DNA of 64,000 bases from the NCBI RefSeq assembly GCF_963853765.1, contig NC_088860.1, positions 22,072,001 through 22,136,000 of the forward strand, given 5' to 3'. Position 1 is the first letter of the stretch, and each line of letters begins with the position of its first letter. Of the stretch, positions 16,501 through 28,374 are shown in pieces. This DNA is from Magallana gigas (taxonomy: Eukaryota). Under the pieces are notes generated by a model. That model was not told the DNA's origin. It worked only from the letters and a program-made list of their open reading frames with translations, and searched no databases. A program made the position numbers and the translations under genes.

Positions 16501-17202
16501 TCAATTTAGTATTGGGCAAACATAATTCGGTCTTTGTCATTTGATGATCATCTTGAAAATTGAAGGAAGAATACTTGCTTTTCACTATAGAGTGGGTCTT
16601 GGTACCATTTTTTTTAAATTAAAAAAAGATAGACGTTTACATGTTTTATCAGTTTACGTCCTAAAAATGGTATGATGACCCACTCTATAAAAAACTGTAG
16701 TCTAAACATTCGATTTCATTAGCATTTTGTTGCTCAATTAGCATATACATTCATTGATGTCTTATATCATTTAGATTAAAAGTCAATTTTTTAAGATTTT
16801 GGCAAAATTGAATAATGATTACATATGCTTAATATATGTAACAAAGGTGATATTTTAAGAAAAAATTGTGGGTTTTTCAAAAGGATTTAAGTGATTTTAT
16901 GCCTCGGCTTATTCCCCCACGTTCTTTACGCGATTAAGAAGGGGCTCGGTCACTTCGCCTCCTCCGCCCCTTCTTAATTGCGTAATGTTTACTCTGTTGC
17001 CGCGGTATATTGGGGACAAAGCAAGAAGAAGTACCTGAACTTGTGTGTGTGTGTGGGGGGGGGGGGGGGGGGGTTCCAATCGATTAAAGTGTATAAAAAC
17101 AGCTTTAAACAAATAAGTAACATTTTTTGTTTACAAAAGTTTAATTCTACTAAAACTAGGTTTAAACTTGAAATTAAGATTAAATTTATGGTTTTATTTA
17201 AA

Positions 17203-17240
<38 letters not shown>

Positions 17241-17731
17241 AATCATCACAGCAGGTTTTCATGTTATTTAACAATGAATCTGGGTTTCAAAACAATTTAT
17301 TCATGATTAAAGCCATATCTTGTCACAGTCGTAAAATTGAATGGATGTTCTTTTTTTTCCCCATTACACTAAATGATTTTTTTAACATCACACAAGATAT
17401 TTGGTTAAACAAACTAATCAACAATACACAAATAATGATACTGATATAGCATACTTTATAGATACTTTTTACATGTATAATGCACACATTTTTAAGACTG
17501 CATTTTATTCAATAAATATAATAATGAAAGGGTTCAACAAAAAGAACATTAAAATAAATGAGAAACCATACAAGGTTGATTTTTGTTATTTGGATGCTAA
17601 TTTGAGCCAATTTTGGCAACAACTTTTGTCAAAAGGTCCAAGTACATAAAAACTTGCCAAAAACATTATTGATATATACGTGTATTTTTTTCAAAACATG
17701 ATAAGTCTTTTTTTCTTTATCTAGAGGTGGT

Positions 17732-19197
17732 TCACGGGTGCAATTTGTATGCACCAATATAACTTTTCAAAACCGCTGACGAGTCCAAGAATTTATGTCC
17801 GCCCTCTGAAAGTTCACTGGAAATTTGGTGATTTTTCATAAGAAAGAATATTCCCGACATGAAAATTGTTTGTTGTTTCTCCAGTGTCAATCCGCTAATT
17901 TTATGAAACACGAGAGACTCGTCTCCCGTGTTTGTCTGTTTAGGGTGGGATTTCCTTAAAATCTGATAAAATGGCGAGATCAGTTCACGTGATCCAAGAT
18001 CGAAGGTTGTTGCAGCATATATATAGTAAAGGCCAACACTGTTCACTTTCATATAAGTTTTGTTGAGAAGTTCAATATCATTAGCAAAAGCTGTTTCCTG
18101 TGAATCGGCAAGCGTCCACTGAAGGTCCTTATCTTTAAAATTGAATATTTGTCTCATGATTAAAATCTACTAGTAATTAATTTCACATTTGAAATGAGAA
18201 GGTAATTGCATTTCTTTATACAATCTATTCTTATACAGATTTTTTTTTAAAAATCGCCAAATAGGAAATAAAGTATAAAGTTAGAAGGACCAAGGTATGC
18301 CAAAATCGGCGTAAGGTCAAAAGTGATCAAAATTTTGTTAAGTACTGTTGCTTTATAACAATTCTACATGGCAAAAATAGTAACTTAACTTTTGAATGAC
18401 TAATTGCACAAACTGCTCTTTCTATTTATAAAAATGTCGATAAAACACTTACCTTTTACAGGAGTATCTTTGTCCATATAAAAATGAGCGGAATTGGGTC
18501 TGTTTCTCCACCAGCCTAGTGAAGTCTTGGTCAGTGAGTTGCTTTCTGGAAGGTAACAGCATAGGTCAAATATTTTACATTAGCTTTCCAAAGGTCGAAT
18601 TCCGTCTCTTTATATTCAATATAATAATCAAAAAACCAGATCCAAATGTTACCACAAAATATAATTTTAAATTTCTTGAAAACTTTTCATAATTCTAAAT
18701 CGAATCATGCAACTGAAATAGAACCCTTACCTTTAAGGTCGTTTATCTACAAAAAGAGGAGAGAAAAATTTGAAATTGATATTAACACTGGTATATATCA
18801 TTATTTCTGATGAGGTAGCATCCACTTAACTTCAATGGGATTTCTCGAGAGACGTTTATCTACTTACCGACTGTAGGAAGTTGCGAATTTCCCCGTCTTT
18901 TAAACAGCATAGCTTGTTTTCACACTCAGTTGTTATAACATCGCTATACAGGGTCTCGTGGGCAAGCACAGTGTCCCCCAGGTAGTCACATGACATACAC
19001 ACAGAATCCTTGGTCAGCCCAATCGCATCTCCACTCACGTTTCTCTTATCCATTAGAGGGGTTTTGCGGTTCCAGAAATTGAGAAAGATAGTCTCCCAAG
19101 GTAAGCCAATCCATGCACTGCCAAGTATAATTATCAATACGTTCCCCACAAATGTTAATGATATCAAGCACTTCTGAAACGGCGAATAGGCTGTCAT
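17732..19197 (-). CDS. TNF superfamily ligand, copy 2, 4 exons
   Basis: Exons 19197-18868, 18746-18731 (16-nt micro-exon), 18545-18453, 18132-17732. TM helix, CDYLG...LCC stalk, WWRNRPNSAHFYM...LQW...GLYYIYAATTF...FMSGIFFL...SYIGAYKLHP*. Confidence 0.9.
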
Positions 19198-19253
19198 CTT
19201 GAATTATCTGATTTTTCTACACGTGTTACTCATTTTTAAACAATCGTTCTCTT

Positions 19254-19289
19254 GGATTTCCCCACACTTGAAATTGGGGGGAAGTTTCC
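19254..19289. promoter_or_regulatory. Pair of NF-kB/Rel-like sites just upstream of TNF copy 2
   Basis: GGATTTCCCC (19254-19263, GGGGAAATCC on the gene strand) and GGGAAGTTTCC (19279-19289), about 60-90 bp upstream of the ATG. Motif match only. Confidence 0.45.
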
Positions 19290-20404
19290 TGTATTGTGGA
19301 AAAGTATGCAGGAAAAACGTCAGAAGTATTTTTAAACCATATACATGTTTGAAATTATCCTAAAATAAATCCATTTTCTAAGTAAAGGAAATATAATTAG
19401 TACTTTGTAATTTGTAGTACTTTAATCGCTCTTGTGATTCTATTTTAAGAAATTGTAATGGAAATGCATGGAAGATAAATAAGATATGAGTTCGGATTGT
19501 TCGGATATGACTATTTTCATTTATTCATTAAAAAGAAACATGATTACAATCACCTTTAACTGAACTAATCACATTGAACAAATACACAAGCATTCTTGTC
19601 TTACTTGATCCCATAGTATTATCAATAAAATGTTGAAAGGTGTAAAAATTGTTTCATATTATGGTTTGATTATATGAAGGATGCGAAAATCACCCCTTTC
19701 TATTCTTTCTTAGAATACGGCAATTCATTGATTAATTTATTGATAAATCTGTTCACAATCAATTAAAAATACACCTTGAACATATTTCGAAAGAACAATT
19801 ATTTATTACTTTTTGATAGACCATTTTTTTTTACATTATGCAAACTATAAACTATCCAGATCTATTCAATGAATCTGAATTTTTTGTCAGGGAAAACCAT
19901 CCTAAAACAAGTATTTCGCAACTATCTTGTAGTATAATTTTTCGATATAACACTTTGATGAAATAATTTCATAATCTACCATCGTTTTAGTAATCATACT
20001 ATACAATTTATTTTTAATATGGTTAATGAATACACTTTTAAAAAAGCATGTGTAGTGATCATCGAATTAACATTTTAAAGAAATTTTTATCAAATAAATG
20101 AGTTAATACATGTAGTTCTGATAAATGCATACAAATTAGTAATTGTTTCCTTGGATTTTTATAAAAACAATATATAAACTATGAAAGGGTTGTATTAATT
20201 TCATCTACATTTGTACCAGTATTTCTTCTTTTAAAACTTGTACATGCATGATACAATGTTTATTCCAACATCTGAAATGTTATGGGTGTCCAGTTGATAT
20301 CCACAGTTGATGTTGCTGTTAGTTAACTACTGATTATTGCCCTGAGTAGAATTTGTGATATGTCACAGTATCTTCCATTACATTTCAACACAATGTGAAA
20401 CCTC

Positions 20405-23400
20405 TTATTCAACTTTATATATTCCGAAGTAATTGGAGAAAGACGATGATACGTCAATTAGGTTCTTGGCGTTCTCCTGAACGTCCACAACAACTTCGTA
20501 CTCTGCTTCCAGATAAACAATTCCATGGAACAAAACAGACTCATGTGGATCCCTTTTATTATTTCTAAATTTTCTAAGTTGAAGTTTTTCAAGGTAAGAA
20601 TTGTTACTGCTTTTCCGCTTCCTTCCTAGAATTACGTTGAAATTTTCACTCTGGGCTGTATAGCCTTGCAGAATCTTTAACGATGAATAAATATAGTATT
20701 TTCCTGCAGCTGAAACACGGATAGTGGTCGAATTGGCCAGGGATATATTGGGAGATTTAAAGGCACTTCCTAGCGGATCAGAAGTCTGCCATCGTACATA
20801 GTTATCTAGATATATAAATAAATGATAACCAAGTTATTAGTATGTTACAATTTATTTCATGTAGTACAACGGGTTAAACACACAAATTCTCGAGCAAATT
20901 ATACCCTCTACTTATATAAAACATATGGCTGAAACACGCAAACAAAACAACCATAAGATTTTATAATTTAAAAGAAAATGGTCAACAATAAAAAAAAAAG
21001 TTAAAACTATTTGTATTCTTAAGATATGCAAATGTCAAATTAAGTGCTGTTTATCATTTGTGAATAAATATCTTTAAGATATTAAATAGTAGTAGTTTAT
21101 TGGCGTGTACATTACATACATTGCCATAGCATACAATTAAACAGTACTTTACAATAATTGTGGGTACAGGTGGGAGGCAGGTTATATAAATATATATAAA
21201 AGGTATAAAGTGGATGAAAAAATATCAAAAAGACCATTAAAATGTAAAATGAATGGCTACTTATCATTTATGAATAAATATTAATAAGATATGCAAATGT
21301 AAAATTAAGTGCTACTTATCATTTGTGAATAAATATTGTAGTTGTTTAAAGTTAACCAGTTTTTATGTTTTGTTTTACAATGTCAAGAAGATGTTATTTC
21401 TCAGAATCAGTCTCCCGAAATAGACTAAATATGGTAATAGTATTTTGAAAAACAAATGAAAATGTCAGATGTAAAATAGTTCATAATTCTTTTTCCAACT
21501 AAACATAATTTGCATGGCACACTAAATATTAAATTCCTCTTTTTGATTTTTTAAAATTTTGATTAATAAACCGTGCCTTTAATTATATACTAGTACAAAT
21601 AATAGAATAAAAGTCCCTTTCATTTGATAATATTTCATAAATAAAACTACATGGTCAAGGGTGATCTAAGGTTGACAATCTAGCTTTCGCAAAATTTAGA
21701 TTCTGGCATCTCATTGCATTGTAAGCCTAGTGTAAACTATTTAGTCTTGTAAACTTCATGTATTGATTGTTTTATACATATTCATGAAAAAAAAAATCAT
21801 AATGATTATTCTTTGGGTTTTTTAACTCAACTATTCTATAAAACACGATTGAATTATGATTGATAATCTAGTATTATATATTGATTTCTCAGGAATATTT
21901 AAGTATTTTGTGAAAATTGCTATTTTTTAAAAATAAAATTTCATTTTTTAATAAAGAAGATGGCCAATTTAACCGGTTAACATCATATAGTCGAGCGGAT
22001 AAGAAGCTGAATAAAAGAAATTATACCTGAAGATTAAATAGTTTTTTAATTCAAAATACGACGTCAGTTATTTTCTATATCAAGACATCGACTTTTAGGG
22101 TTTCGATTACCAACTGGTGTATGCGTTCCAAAATCTATTTTAAAGTGTTGTATTTGTTCTATACTTCTGCATTGATCTAATAAAATTACAAGAAAGTACA
22201 CATGTACAGCGTAAAAAGCAAATATGTATTTTTAAAAGTACAAATTTCAATAATGAAGAAATTATTTGAATGCCAAACATAATATTTTAGAAAACTTATA
22301 GAAGTGTGTACACTTAATAAATAGATCGCATTTACGCTTTAAGCTTTTTAACTTGAGGGTTCGATGCAATAAAAATTGCGATATTGTTTCTATTTCCTTA
22401 GTGTTATTTAAATTCAAACCGGTTATAGTTAGAAATTTTGATGAGCATAATTTTTTATTTATTAAAAAAGATATTTTCAGGAGACAGAATGGTCAACAAA
22501 TTACTTATCAATTATACTTTAGGCTATTAAAAAAATAATAATTTTAGCCATTAAAATTCATTAAAAAAATATTCAGATCTAAAATTTGAATACTTTTACA
22601 CCTTTATCTCTTTGTCAAAAGAAATAATATAGTATAAAACGGACAAGACTATCCGACCCTTTTAAATGTAACATTATTTGTTGCGATTAATTCAATATAC
22701 ATTCGCCCATGTCTTTTAACTCTTGTACATTCTATTAAAAGTCTGAATACTAATTAAAACTTTTGAATAACAATCATGTAGAAAATATATTCTCTGATTC
22801 TCTGAATAGATCAGTTTCACTAAAGTCATAACGTCTACATTTTCATGTTTCTATTCCTATATTATTTTATGCGAGTCCAACAATTTTTCATCTCTCTCTC
22901 TCTCTCTCTCTCAAATTCAATTTTCACAATAACAGAATTGTACAAATTTATAAAATTAGTAATAATTTGTAAAGACTTAATGATATGCATATGCTTTTAC
23001 AAACGTTTGTATCAGATATACATGTGTATATGGTTAAATATCATGTAGAATTTTAAAAAAAATAGTTTGTATACAATAACATACCTTTAGACAGAGGTTT
23101 ACTGGTGTCGATATATAGATGAGCAGCATTTTCTCTATTTCTCCAAGTAATTAACGAGTCTTTCAAAGATGACATATCATCACTTATTTCTGAATATTAA
23201 AAAATATATATATGAATAAAGGCTGCTTGATTAAGTACAACCACGTTCGTACAACAAAGTTTAATATTTTATGACTCATGTTTGAAGATCCCTTGTACCA
23301 TTAACATTAGCTTCTATTATTTTTCTCATTTTATACTAAAATTTCGTTACATGATATAATCTTTAATACATGTATAATATTATATTTTTGCATTATTATT

Positions 23401-23930
23401 AATCTTTTTTCTTTTATAATTTGTTCAAGTATAATGGACAGTCATTATCCTCACCATTTAAGTTTCTGACTTTATTTGCCTGAAATATAATGGGGGAAAT
23501 TATCAATATTAAAATTTCTAATGTAAAAATAAAAATAACATAGATTAAAATGAATTCATATTGATTCTATAGTTTATCATGATAAATATCTAATTTGTAA
23601 GGAAGAGAGATCTACCGCTGCAAAAATGAATCCTTGAAGCACTGTGTCATTGTAACAGCAAAGACGGTGTTCGTTGCCGCAATTCACCTGCAAAACCTCC
23701 GTGTATAACGTGTTCGACGTAAACAGGCTTTCACCCAAATAATCACAGGACACACAGAATCCATTGTTTGTTGCTAACGTGGACGTAAGACGCGCCTCCT
23801 GAACCACGGGATTTTCCTTGGTAGAAGTCATTCCAGGATAGAGGAAGATGTACATTCCGCTAAAGACGATCCCAAGAATTACATTGACGACCAGAGAAAT
23901 CGAAAGAGCGGTTGGAAACGTACTCTCCAT
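20405..23930 (-). CDS. TNF superfamily ligand, copy 3, 4 exons
   Basis: Exons 23930-23616, 23479-23455, 23189-23085, 20805-20405, phases 0,1,1. The last exon has no ATG and is absent from the ORF track: NYVRWQTSDPLGSAF...AGKYYIYSSL...LFHGIVYL...NYFGIYKVE*. Confidence 0.88.
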
Positions 23931-24882
23931 TGCTCGAATGAAAAAAATGCACTGGTTTGTTTGGTTTCACAACCGGTGTTTTGTACTGAACTGTGAGGAC
24001 TTTTCAGAAAATATAAACATCATCCATGTAACAAGGAAGTGATTGTTTGCCTCTCCCCATAGGTCCACACGACTGTCTTATCCTTTCCGGCCGACTGCTA
24101 ATATGAACTCGATATAATCTTTATAGTTTTACGAATGACGGAAAGTAATCTGTCGACATCCTGCAATTGCCAACCTATTGGTGTGTTATGTAAGGTTATA
24201 ATTTCCAAGAATTTTATTGGTTCCTGGTTTGTAACGAAGGTTTATGGCGATTTGTCAGTTGTGTGTTTATTTTTATCCGTTTTTAATAATTTTTTCCGTT
24301 TTTTATGGAAATCATGAAATAATATGATTGATAAGCAATTTTATTGATCCAGATACTCTACTATCGTAAAGAATAAAGGGTATAATATATTATCATATTT
24401 TTGTCTCTACATCAAGTTCAATAAGTAGGATCGATAGGAATTATAACATAGTTTTTATGATTGAGAAATTCAAACGTCAAATGTTAAAATGTTTATTTCT
24501 TATAATTATTATTTTGATGCTCAGATGAAATTCTACTGGTGGTAAGAGTTTAAGGGTAAATTAATTTCAGTTCTATAAGAACTTTTTTAACAACCTGCAA
24601 AAGTTAAGTGATATATTTATTAATAATCTAAACCACCAAATGAACATTTTCTCCATACACAAAATCGAATATCCATGAAGTAGTTTATTACTGCGTTTGG
24701 GATCGTATATTCATTCGACATCATATCTGACACAGTATTTCTGAAGAATCAGTGAACATTTTGTTATGACAGATATAAAAATTTCGACCATTATGTTTTA
24801 AATTTTGGATTTTTCGGGTGGCTCCTAACGTGACAAGTTGGCATCTAGTTTTTTGACTTACCTGCCAATATGTCAGACTTAA

Positions 24883-25357
24883 AGGGGCATGTTCACGATT
24901 TTGGTCCAGTTCTATTGTTCTGTTTTTATTATTTACAATGCCTTATGAATTCATTTCTAATGATCAAATGAAATTTGAGAGTCAGTCGTAGAGTTAAAGG
25001 CAAGACACAGGGCTCACATTCTCTATCATGTAAACAACGCTTGTGCCTTGTTTTTGTTTACATATGTTCAATATACCAGTAAAAATTCTTTTCAAGCTAG
25101 TCGTCTTATTCATTTTAAGCATAAATAAACAGCTCCTGACGTTTAACACATTTATTTAAGGAGTAAAACTGGAATTTTTACTTCAACATTCAAAATGTAA
25201 ACAAAAGCTTTGTTTACATAGCAAAAAATTGTAAGCTCTGTAACTCGCTCTGTAACTCAACTCAAATTGTGGTCGCCTATTTAAAATGCCTTACTAAAGC
25301 ATTGTAATGAATAAGATCGAAAAAATAATTTTCGACCAAAATCTTGACCATGCCCCT
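24883..25357. mobile_element. Non-autonomous DNA transposon (Kolobok/piggyBac-type TTAA TSD)
   Basis: TTAA|AGGGGCATGTTCACGATTTTGGTC ... GACCAAAATCTTGACCATGCCCCT|TTAA: about 24-bp TIRs with a TTAA duplication. Confidence 0.85.
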
Positions 25358-27545
25358 TTAATAACATGGCAATGCTTTGTTTTGTTATTTTGTTATTTTG
25401 TTACATCGTCTGAAATGTAATATCTGCTTATACAACCTCACGAATATTTTACCAATAATCTAAAACCACCTTCTTCCTCTCCAAAAAGAAATGCATAACA
25501 AAAACAAAAAGAAAACCGCGCTAGAACATCCCATGCTATTAATATGAGAGTAGTGCATTCATACAAAATAAAAGTATAGGTTAACAATTGAGATTTGTGA
25601 AAAAGGTCTATCCTTTGTATGTTTATAACACAAGCATCTGACGTTACTAGTTTTCTTATGATAAAAAGAAACACCGTATACCTAGATAAAGGGTATTTAT
25701 TTTTATTACGACATAGTATATAACGTCAAGTGCCTGTGGTTTATAAGTTACTGTAGGGGATGTTTATCATAAAACAACGTACTTTCTAGATCCGTTAATA
25801 CGTTTTTTGAAACCACCCAAAACAATTTTAGAAAATATAAGTAATACACATGCATTTTTAATCAATCCAATGTTAAATCATATGTTGAACCTTATACTTT
25901 ACATGTATCTATAGCAATGTTCTTCTCAATGAATTTCATATTAAATACAAGTTTTATTTCCTGTTTGATTTTTGCAAAATAAACAATATCAATTAAGATT
26001 TTAGTCTTTTATTTTAATGTAATGCAAGCAAGCATCGTACAAGTTTTCACCAGAGCGAAAATTATAAAATCTTTTACATTTTTCAACTGTTTTAAACCTA
26101 TTATAGTTGAACAAGTTCTAATTATATCTTAGTGTATTTGCTACCAAAATCCTATAAAGTTGGAAGGTAACAATTTTGCAAAAATTCCAGGTTGTTTAGC
26201 TGAAAATTGTTTTGTTCATTTACTTATGTTATAGTGCACATTCATTACTCAGAATAAACTGTAGTATTTTTGTAAAATTTCAGTTTTAGAATAATTCTCA
26301 GGAGGACCAGTTTTTTTTTCAAATTGGTATTGGTTCAAATCTGATTTACTGCAATTTTTTTAAAATTTCGTAATTTTGTTTCAATTTCTTTGCAAAATGT
26401 CATTGTTTGATAAGTACTTTTAGTTTATATGGCTATTTATTATTCTTTAGATAACAATCCATTGATTAAAAAGATATAAAATAATAACCATTTCGATTTT
26501 TTAGAAATATTTTTTTAAATCAAGAATTAAAAAAACTTTACCTGACAACCTTTTACATGTATGGATTGGAACATGATACCTGATACTTAAAATATCTGAA
26601 AATATGTTTTTGAAATTCCAAGGGGCATTTCCAACTTCGGTTTTTTCATTTAATTAAATGGTTATATGTTTAATTTGACTGTCTGTCAGTTGACAAGGTA
26701 TAAACGAGATCTAATGCTCTATTTGTTAAGTGATAAGAATTTGTAATATAAACAAGGTTCCTCTGCAGAGTTTTTGTTTATTTAAACGTTAAACTTTCTG
26801 GATAAAACTTATCAATTTTGAAACAAAGTCTGACAAATTCTCAGAACTGTTTACTTAATTTTCTTTTCAAATGGAGAAAAAATTAATTAAAATGAATTTT
26901 TTTTACCGAAATCAACCCCCGCATTAAACATTTGACCTACTAATTGTGTATATACTTGTATCTTTACACGATCCAAGTACATGTACTTTGTACCACTCGT
27001 GAAGTGAGAGAGTAAAAAATTTAAACTCGATACATAATACAATACCGGTATGTAATAATAACGGTCAGTGTTACCTCCCCTATATACCCTAGTAATAGGT
27101 AATGCTGGTACTCTTGATTAGAGGGTGAAACCACACTGAATGGCTAGGGTGCTTATCTGCCTCATTGAGAGGTGTTTCTTGTCATGTGATGTCATATAAC
27201 ACTGCCATTGGGATAGCAAGGTAAGATTTAAAACTATTGTTTATGTTTTATAAAACAGGAAATAAAAGACTTGAAAACATGCCTTCGCATTAAAAATTGA
27301 ATAAAGATAAATTATATTAGTCATCATACCTACATTTACATGTAAACACTAAGTTTATCAAACTACATAAAAGGCACATGTATAGCTAGTGCGTGGAATT
27401 TAAAGCTATCTTTTGCGCATGCATATTGCATGTAGTGACCGATATAGAAGTTTCTGATCAATGAGAGCCCATTGGGGTCATTTTTGTATAAAAAATTAAT
27501 AAAATAAAAAAATTAATAAATAATATACGATTATTGCTGTTTTTG

Positions 27546-27558
27546 AGGTCAAAGGTCA
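27546..27558 (+). promoter_or_regulatory. Perfect DR1 nuclear-receptor-type element upstream of the esterase ATG
   Basis: AGGTCA-A-AGGTCA. An everted pair TGACCT-cat-AGGTCA also lies at 27781-27795. May be repeat-derived. Confidence 0.3.
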
Positions 27559-28374
27559 ATACGATGATTTAGCTACCCTAGAAGTACAAAATACAATATT
27601 GTACTTCGAGGGTGACTAAATCATCGTATTGATCGAAAAAACCCAGCAATGATGATTTTATTATATGATTCAGCGACGAATTGATACAGACATATATTAA
27701 ATTGAGTGTTATCAAGCAATGTTTAAGTTTCATTGGACGATCTATTTTTAGTCCAATGTAGAGTATATCATATGTTATATTGACCTCATAGGTCACGTGC
27801 GGGTGAATATAACGTTCTGTTTACTAGTATTCGAGATAGTTGGATTTGAGCCAATCAATCAGAGAGCTAGGAATGAATCAATCATATAATAAATAAAAGT
27901 ATTGCAATATAACCGCAAAATTTTTGCGAATAAACGGAAAACTCTCGCGAATGACCGCAAACCTTTCACAAAAAAACACGTGTTTCGGGTGACAAAATTC
28001 GCAAATAAACTCGATACATTTATTCAAATCAGACCATTATGAAAGACAGTAAGTAAAAACTTTTTAATAAAACAGATATATCTAAATATTTTTTTATAAA
28101 TAAATTTTGATACGTTAATCAAAATTATACTGTCCAATCTTTTAGAATATATATAAAATCACATGTGATTAAACTTCAAATATGTATTCAACTATTCATA
28201 TCATGTAAAACATATGGGTACTTACCGTAAAAAAGGAGGTAAAAGATTCCTCCCGGGTTTTAGTCGACTCTGAATTCGTTAATTATCATTTTCTAAAATA
28301 AATACAAATTAAAACATAACCAATCTTCAATCAATTAAATTGTTAATAATGTAAATACTTGTTTTCAGGTGAGC

